64,000 nt of DNA from Octopus vulgaris (taxonomy: Eukaryota): assembly GCA_951406725.2 (NCBI GenBank), contig OX597815.1, forward strand, positions 201,872,001 to 201,936,000. Direction: 5' to 3'. Of this stretch, positions 54,327 through 64,000 are shown piece after piece; the first letter of the stretch is position 1, and the number at the start of each line of letters is the position of its first letter. The position numbers were made by a program, and so were the translations under genes. Below the pieces are notes generated by a model, which was not told where the DNA came from, searched no databases, and worked only from the letters and a program-made list of their open reading frames with translations.

Positions 54327-57300
54327 GAACTGTTGTTGCTCATGTATTTTAATTTAACTTATAAAATAATTAAATTAAAAAAAAAAAAATGAACGAACTA
54401 CTGAGTTTGGTTTAATGGCCTACCAATGTATACTATGAGTTTCTTTGCCCTAGGAGTCGGGAAGACACTCGGCAAGAAATGGAAGGAAATTTGAAAGAAG
54501 AAAAAAAAATAATAATAATAATAATAATAAAGTGCAGTAGTTCAGTATGATGCTGGAATACTGAATGGACAAAAGAAGAGCCAAAGGAGGAGGACAGGAA
54601 GTCAAGAAATCTCCAAGCGAAATTTGAGAAAACTGTTTCAATATGATTGTCCCCATTCTGTCAATGACTTCGATATCAGAAGGCACCCTTCTCCATTTAC
54701 AGGACTCTGTTGACAAAATTCTCAATCTTTTAGTAATCGTGTCTCTGCTTTTCTACAAAAGTAGCTGTTGCAGTTATTGAGCTGATTTTGCCTGATATTG
54801 TTGCTGTTGTTGAAAATGTTATAGTTTTCTTTGCTGCTTCTCCTGCTTCTTTTCATGATGCTGTAGTTATTGCTGGTTGTGCTGTTTCAACTTTCTTTTC
54901 ATTTGTCTTTGTCAGTGTTGTGTCAGTTTCTGTGATTACTTTTACATTCCGCTTGTTCATTTTGCAACCATTGCATAAGATTTTGTTGTTGTTAATGAGG
55001 TGCTAGCGGAGATTTGTGTGGTCATTCATGTTTTCTTTCTTCGTGGTCTCAGATATTTGTGCTTGGGAGTTCATCCTTTCGTTAACGTCCTTCTACACTC
55101 CTTTTTATTTAGCGTCCTTTCCACACTCTGCTAAATTCGGGACGCTATCTGGACTTCTCTTTCATCTTGCTTATTCGAATTATCGGAGGTTATGTAGGTT
55201 AGTCTATCTTCCTGGCGTTCGTTCATACTTTTGCTCGAGATAGTTTCGTTTCTATATGAGCTCTTTTGTATAAGCGCTACCTACAAGATGGTTATAGTTA
55301 ATGATTTCCGCTCTTGCTGTTTATGGCAGGTGCTACTTCTGCCACTTCAGTGGTTGCAGCAAATTGAATTCTGCAAGCCTTTTAGCTATCATACGCTCTC
55401 GTGTGGGAAACAAAGCTCTATGTGGTTTTTCAATTCATTTTTTTTTTTTTTTGGTTCTTTTTCATCTTAAATGTATGAATATTTTTCGCATTACGAGCAT
55501 TCAAATTCCCACATACACTTCGAACCAGAAATATTCCCAGATACCAAAAACCATCAAATGTATGATTGATAGTATCGTCATAGAGAGCAATTCTCATTGA
55601 GAAGTACAAGTTTGGTCACTCAAGGCAAATAACTATACCATTCTTCATTGTACGCTTTCGAAAATGACCCTACGGACCAAAATACAGACGTCTACATCCT
55701 TATGTATATAGAGGTCAACAATCGAAGCTATCTAGTCAAAAATCCGCTACGAAGATTTACTCTGACCATGTATTTAATATATCTCCCTGATGAATCTCTT
55801 CTGTACATTCCCTAGAAGACATCCAGGAATTTACCCTTACTGGATATGAAGTAACACCGAATGATTAATATACAAAATACAATGACCAATCACATCAACA
55901 CATATTTGACTGATCACAAACTGAATTGTCAATCAATCCGATCGTAGACTACCTTATAAGCCTGGGTATGAATGTATTTTGCAAAGCCCAGATTCTGTTG
56001 ATAACAGCTTCGAGAAAAAAAAATCTGACAACCTATCATATTTAATGTGGTCTCTCTCGGGAACAATGGGGATGAACCCAGTGAATATCTATACAAACCA
56101 CGGAGTATGAAACTAAAATATGTGAAAAGTCAACCGAGTATATGTGCATCGCTTGTGTTGTACTTACGACATTGAAGCACCCTAGAATCGATACATATAT
56201 TGCACAGCTTCGTACAAAATTATATCTCTAGATAAATTCCCAAGAGATTCAAATATTCATAGTGTCGAACTTATCTCAGTGGAACCGTGAGCAGATACGT
56301 ATCAATATTTCTAGAGAGGACAGTAAGAGTAGTGAGCTCTCGAAGCCGTCGAAACAGGCAGCAAAACTACGTGATGACGCAGAAGGTGTATTGCAACAAA
56401 AATGGGCTCGGCAAAGTTATGACAGAAGGCAGAGACGAAGTGGGTGAGAAGATGTGAAGAGAAAAAAAATATAAGAGAACGAGAAAAATCCATTAGTACA
56501 GCTCTGCTTGGCGTACGCGTCAGCATCTATTGCGAGGTACTATTGATAACGTTTCTTCAAAAAGAATAGAAAATAGACATCTTTTGTTCTATCAAATCGC
56601 ACTCAATTACAGGTGATGGGCTAGAAAGAGGCAGACGATATATATATATATATATATGTGTGTGTGTATATATATATATATATTTATTTATGTATACATA
56701 CATATATATGTACATATATATATATGTACATATATATATATGTATACATATATATATATGTATACATACATGTATGTATACATATACATATATATATATA
56801 GACACACACATACAAACGTACACACGCACGCACACACACATATATGTATATTTGTATACATACCAATATATACATTAACATGTATGTGTGCATACATGTA
56901 CGTGTTTATATATGTGTTGGTGTGTGTACGATTTAGAACGCAAACACAAACACGCACACACACACACAAACACATTAATAAACACTAGCAAATTTCGTTG
57001 TATAAAGATCGAGTACTTCTTATCCGCAATGCTCAAAGGACAGATCAAGACTGTAATGATGCAAAGCAAGCCATCGAAGACTATTGCCATGTAGATCAAT
57101 CGATCTGAGAAACAGGCAGACAGAACGAATTAGTTCCGACAGTCAATCACAATAAATGATTATCAATCACAGAATCAGTGGACTGACTTATCTTTGCTTC
57201 TAGAATTATCAATGTTTGATAATTTATAGAAGAAAGGAAAATGGCATAAACATTGTTCAATATACTTCGATTCATCCCAGCGTCTATATATTGATTTTTA

Positions 57301-57453
57301 TCTGTTCGCATTTCTTCGTATTCATTTACTTGAATATTTGTTTAGATATACAGATATAAGTATCTGCGTATATATATATATATGTGTGTGTGTGTGTATA
57401 AACATACTCACACATACACACACACACATATAATATATATCATATATTATATA

Positions 57454-57585
<132 letters not shown>

Positions 57586-58999
57586 TAGATATAGATATAT
57601 ATATATATATATATATACATACATATACACATATACACACATGTAGCTTTGTGTGTGAAAGAATTTATTTATATACTTTATAGATAAATCAAAGAATATG
57701 TAGCTCAAATATATATTTTCTCTTAACGGTTGTTTGGAATTTAGTATCTTTCGTTATCGTTTATGTGCGTTAGTTAAAGCACAACTCACACGCGTACACC
57801 CGAGATACATGTACATAAGCACAGACACCGCACACACATATATAGGCAAGAGACGTAATGAATAAATCATTTTACATAATCTTTTGGTTATGTATATATA
57901 TATGCGTATGTATATTAGTCGAAACTGTTTTAGCCTGCTTATATATGTGTGCGGACAATTAGCTATGTGCATTCATTATAGAAAATGATTAGTAGTATGT
58001 AAAACAGTAAAAGTGTTTAATCTAAAGTATGTGCATAAATGAATGTATAGAAACGGTATAGAATATGATGAATATAATGTGCAATTCATAGAGAATAGCC
58101 TCCACTCTCTGTAGACGTTGACTATGTGTTCGTCTCTAGCGCTTTCCTTATGTTTTGTTTCAATATTCTTATATAATATATTCGACAAAATTTACATTCA
58201 AAATCTTGTGTAATTTTTGCAACCCGTACGTGTTAGAAATCACTAAGACCATATAAATGAGGATAAAATATTTCATTAAGTTAAGAATATTCAATAAACA
58301 ATAAGTGATATATCGTCGGGATCAACGTTATATTTTTCTTACTTTATAAAAATATTAAAAATATCTTAAATATCTGAACTATCTAAAACATATCTTTTTT
58401 TTATATATATATACATAAAGTTAAAATGGCGTTGAAACACTTTATATTAAGTAACAGTACATAGATATTTCAGAATCGTTGGATTTGTTTTTCTATCGAT
58501 TAAGATGAACCTAAACAAATATGATTATGTTGCAATAATTGAATTACACAATGGTGCCAATTTTCAGAACAAGCATGGTAGATTAGATTGTATTTCAACT
58601 TATATACCTCATAGGGTAATTGCACATAAAATATTCAATCTATATTTATTGTATATAGTCATAGTGACCTTTTGGATTATTGAACACAGCCATACCAGTT
58701 GGTTTGTATGTCAACACACAATGCGCAGATACAGCAATATTTACTGAAGTAAACTTAAAGGTTATTTCAGAAAATATTTGTTTTCACATTTAATCTAACT
58801 CTGATTCTCTAATTGAATCTACTGGGAATTGATTTTAATTGATTTTCAAGCAATGAAGAGAAACTCAATAGCTACACAGGTTTCTCAAATCTCTACCATC
58901 TTTATTAAACGGTCATTCCGTAAATCGGAGAATAATAATGAAATCAACCGAAGTCATACATAGAAGAAATAGATAGAAAAAGAGATTTGATAGGAAAAG

Positions 59000-59455
<456 letters not shown>

Positions 59456-59804
59456 ACAATACATACTTAAAATATATTCAACTAAAAGTGCACTCTATAT
59501 TTTGACATCAATAGATGTCATAGATAATGAGTTATATTTATCACAAAACGTAAAGCAATTCCAACATCCCGTAACAAGGTTTGTTCCTTCATCTTACTTT
59601 AATTCACACTAACTACAATTGCAATAAGGAGGTAGAAAAATGAGGCAATCAGAAATAGGCAGATGTGATGAGACGAACAATTTTATCTTACCTAGTTATA
59701 TATATAAACCTTTCTGCATTTACACATGTATGTATATGTATGTATATATGTATGTATGTGTAGATATAGGGGTGGTCAAACTTTGCATAAGGGGTAGACA
59801 ACCA

Positions 59805-59856
<52 letters not shown>

Positions 59857-59884
59857 TCCCTTTGTTATTATATATATATATATA

Positions 59885-60210
59885 TAATAACAAAGGGTAA
59901 ATTTAGTTAATTAAGAAGTAATTTCACCAAGTAGAATTCGGCATGAAAATGGACCATTTTACGGAAAACTTAAGTAATATTTAATAATTAGGCTTCAGCA
60001 AAGATTTGCTTTACCACATACCGACGTTTAGAAATTTCTTAGCAATTTCTTCCACTTTAAAAAAGGACTCCCAGAAAAACCAAAATAATTGAAAACAATC
60101 CACACAGGCAGTAGAAGAAAGTAGAAGAAATAACTACGGTTTTTTGGCTGCTATTTCTAAACTTCGGTATGTGGTAAAGCAAATCTTTGCTGAACTCTAA
60201 TTATTAAGTA
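59885..60210. repeat. Hairpin+tail element, family A (orientation opposite to 7864)
   Basis: ttcagcaaagatttgctttaccacataccga...tcggtatgtggtaaagcaaatctttgctgaa; tail caccaagtagaattcggcatgaaa. Confidence 0.8.
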
Positions 60211-60244
60211 TATATATATAAATACACATACGCACACACATACA

Positions 60245-60319
<75 letters not shown>

Positions 60320-60394
60320 TCATACACACGCATATGTGTGTGCGTGTGTTTATGTATTCGTTTTGCAAGATTCTTGATGGGAACTCGTGTGTTG

Positions 60395-60855
60395 AAATAT
60401 ATATTGTTGTATTTGGGGATAGTCATGTTGCCAATTTAGCCAATGAAAACACACGCACTATATATTTGGTGTTCACTTCCTTCAGCTTTATTTCACATTA
60501 ATTCTGTTTTGGCCAGTATTCTTTCGTCACACTTCTGTGACTTCATGAGTGGTCCTTTGCTTTCTTTTCTATTTTTCTGTCTCTCTTTCCTAACAATCTA
60601 CCACGATTGATACAGCAGACCGTTAAGAGGGAGTGACAGAGAGGAACTAAGAGAGACAGAGAGAGACAGAGAGATTGAAAAAGAAAGAAGAAAGCAAAGG
60701 ACCACTGATGAGATCACTGAAGTGTGACGAAACAATTCAACCGAAATACAATTAATCTGAAATTAAACTGGTGCAAGTGAACACCTAATATGTAGTTTTT
60801 ATTTTCTTTCATTGTCGAAATTGGCAACATGACCATCCCCAAATGCAATAATATA
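60395..60855. repeat. Palindromic element of about 460 bp with one hammerhead-like motif per arm
   Basis: atttggggatagtcatgttgccaattt vs aaattggcaacatgaccatccccaaat; motifs at 60511-60555 (-) and 60699-60745 (+). Confidence 0.8.
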
Positions 60856-61245
60856 TATATATATATATCAAAATAAACAACAAGAATGACTCCGGTAATT
60901 TGGTACGATCGTTTCACACTACATCATTTTATTAAATGTTGTAAGTATTACAACAGTTTTAAAATACTGAGTACGTATCAGCCAATTATAGAGGTTTTCA
61001 ATTAATACAAAAATTTTCATATCAAGTGGCAATATTATAGGGAATGTAGATACATAGACAAAGATGTGGATTTAAATTTTAAGAACATTTGAGGTAGTGG
61101 AGCTCATCAACTGACTGACTAAGATTCAGTTGTTCCAAACTACTTTAAGGTTCTGAGAATGAAGGACAAGTGAGAGGAGGCAATAAAGATTATCTAATTA
61201 TAGAAATGGGGTAGAGGGATGTCATAGCTCCATATAAGGAATTTT

Positions 61246-61277
<32 letters not shown>

Positions 61278-61308
61278 TTTATTTGTATAAATATATATAT
61301 ATATATTT

Positions 61309-61348
<40 letters not shown>

Positions 61349-62036
61349 ATATATGTGTGTGTGTGTGTGTGTGTGTCTCTCTCTCTCTCTCTGTGTGTGT
61401 GTATGTGTGTGTGTATGTATATGTATATATGTAGTGGTCATTAAACAGCTATCGAATCGTACTCCCTCCTCCTTTTGACTCTATTTATTCTTTCGAGCGT
61501 CAAACTAATACACCTCCTTGTTGTTTATACACCTGTCTTCGTCTTTTGTTTTTTCTGTAAATTTCAACAATGTGAGTGTGTGTTTGTATGTGTATTCATA
61601 ACCAGGCTTATTTTAAGAGGAATTTCATCACTCACAATATGAGGACATGTATTCATGCAAATTGAGCTAACATTCACAACCAACATAATATACCCTTCTA
61701 CATGATATAATATAGTCCCCCATAATTTCTCTTTCATAATGTTAAACAAGTTTATGAAAATATCAATGAACATACTTACGAATACGTGAATCAGACAATG
61801 TCAACTAAGATGCTAGAGAGTTCACTGTTTTGAATTAGCCTCCAGAAAGACAATTGTCATATTTATGTGGTGGCGCCTTTATATTAGAATCATTTATTTC
61901 ATAGAATTCCATTAATAGTAGAGTATGCGCTGATGACTAAGCCTTCGGCAATGATAACAAATGGAGATTAATGTTAGTTTATACATAAAAACATTCACAC
62001 GCATACACTTACGCTCATATTTACACACTCACACAT

Positions 62037-62100
<64 letters not shown>

Positions 62101-62541
62101 ATTGTCACAATCACAATCACACTCACACACAAACACACATACAGCTTTTAGACGTACATATATAAACGCGACTAAGGGTGTTAAGACACCAACATTGCTA
62201 GAAAAAAGAGCTAAAATGCTCCTGTGCTGTTATATAGCACGTGACATATATTATGATAAGTGTTGCAATCGCCCCGAACTGTGAACACCTTAATGTTATA
62301 ACATTGCACCTTGCTGTTTATTGTTAATTTATACATATACACATATACACACACACACACAAACGCACACACATACACACACAAATGTATATATACATGC
62401 ATACATACATATACACATACAAAGTAGACGTACGCAGTGTTGCACAGGTAACCCTTTTGTAGAAAAATGCGCTGTATTTAAATATTTTATCCTCTAAAGA
62501 CATTATATATTTATACATACATACATACATACACACAGGCA

Positions 62542-62589
<48 letters not shown>

Positions 62590-62632
62590 CATACACACAC
62601 ACATTTATACATACATATAAATATATGATAAA

Positions 62633-63600
62633 GCCAATGAAATAAGAGAATTAGACCAAAGCCAGACATACAAATATTTAGGAATCAATGAACTAGATAC
62701 GATACAACACACACAAATGAAAGAGAAAATAAAGAAAGCATACTATATATGAGTTTGATCAATACTGAAAACAGAGCTCAATGCTAAAAAGAAGATAACA
62801 GGTATTAACACTTTAGCCGTCCTAGTTATGAATTACAGCTACAATATCCTTAACTGGACACTAAATGAACTGACCAAAATAGATAGGAAAACAAGAAAAA
62901 TAATGACAGGATCTAGGATGCATCACCCAACATCTGACATAGAAAGGCTATATACACAAAGTATAGAAGGTGGTAGAGACCTTATACAGCTGGAAAACAA
63001 TTATAAAATAAACACCATAAGACTGCAAAAATACCTACTTCAGAAGCGAGGAAAACTAAAGCAAATGACCATAAAACACGAGCAAAACAAAAATAAATGT
63101 TTTCAGTATTTAAGGAAGCTGCCAAATACAAACAAAAAATCATACTATCTAACAGATATGAAGAAGAAGAAGAAACAACAAAAGCTATACAACAAATGAA
63201 ATCCAAACTAAAACTAGAAGAGCAACGGACCATGATAAAACGATGGCAAATATTGGACTAAACTAAATGCAAAAGAAATAGACAGAGAAAAATTCCAGCA
63301 ATGTTTGAGAAGCTCAGGACTCAAAGCAGAGACTGAAGGATGTTTAATTGCAGCATAAGACCAAAGCCTTCTCACCAGAAATTACCAAAAACTTATAATG
63401 AAAAGAAACATAACAAGTAATTGCAAAATATATGGAGATAGGCAAGAAACAATAAATCATATTATCTCTGGCTGCCCAGTCCTGGTTAAGAAGGAATATA
63501 TTCACAGGCACGACAGAGTTGGGACCTACATACACTGGAAGCTATGCCAAGGCAATGGAATAACAACAGAAAAAAGATGGTAAAGGCACACGCCAGAAAA
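62633..63600 (+). pseudogene. R4/Dong-like RT-RLE retrotransposon fragment
   Basis: YKYLGINE, LKTELNAKKKITGINTLA, IDRKTRKIMT..MHHP.SDIERLY, ETEG.LIAA.DQ, ETINHIISGCPVL, HRHDRVG. Confidence 0.92.
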
Positions 63601-63724
63601 GTGTCGATGACAATATACTGTTAAGGAAACGATTCAACGCTGGATTGGTATGAAAAATACATTAATAGATTAGGTATTTCATAACAAGCAGGACCCAACA
63701 TGTGGTTGATGGCATCCACTCAAG

Positions 63725-64000
63725 ACCTGCAAAAGTCATCAGCGGAATCCTGCAGAGTACTGTTTTGGGTCCACTTCTTTTTATTGTCTATAAACATGAC
63801 ATTGCACATTCCATTGAACATAGCTCCATTAAAATATTTACAGATGACGCTAAGCTCCATAAAGGGAGCATATGATCGGACGATGCTTCTATCGGATTTA
63901 TGCGTAGTAATCAAGTGGGCACAAAAGAACAATATGCAATTGAACGAATAAGAAACTGAGCTCATCAACATTGGAAAAGAGGGCACACTCAAACAATCAT
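63725..64000 (+). pseudogene. CR1/L2-group reverse transcriptase fragment (runs off the window)
   Basis: SGILQSTVLGPLLFIVYKHDI...IKIFTDDAKL (SGVPQG.VLGP / FADD motifs) and WAQKNNMQLNE. Confidence 0.85.

Noticed and set aside
49933-54530. Repeat-spacer pattern resembling a CRISPR array
   Set aside because: The repeats are simple TAA tracts and the 'spacers' are retrotransposon fragments; the context is eukaryotic with no cas genes.
61928-61955. CUGAUGA followed by a small hairpin
   Set aside because: No GAAA and no stems I or III, so not a hammerhead.

Overview
AT-rich, microsatellite-saturated eukaryotic DNA whose repeat content (tRNA-derived CORE-, Nin- and Meta-domain SINEs) points to an octopus or other cephalopod genome; this is inferred from the repeats. 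No intact host protein-coding gene is evident, and most listed ORFs are microsatellite or SINE artefacts. The window is a transposon graveyard: MULE, mariner and DD37D remnants, non-autonomous Helitrons, CR1-type LINE pieces, a Penelope GIY-YIG remnant, and a stack of R4/Dong-type RLE retrotransposon fragments in (TAA)n arrays at 49.8-54.5 kb. Three observations stand out. (1) Several unrelated minimal type-I hammerhead ribozyme folds sit in small palindromic elements; one is fully paired with a G3-C8 swapped core (50128-50176, minus strand) and one has a U4C core (5645-5705, plus strand). (2) A 2.2-kb ORF1-only (gag/zinc-knuckle, HAL1-like) retroposon is inserted with a 15-bp target duplication into the tRNA-derived head of a SINE (42111-44320). 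(3) 'Hairpin+tail' elements vary in hairpin length while keeping a fixed hairpin/tail junction. All calls were made by eye, and repeat boundaries are approximate.
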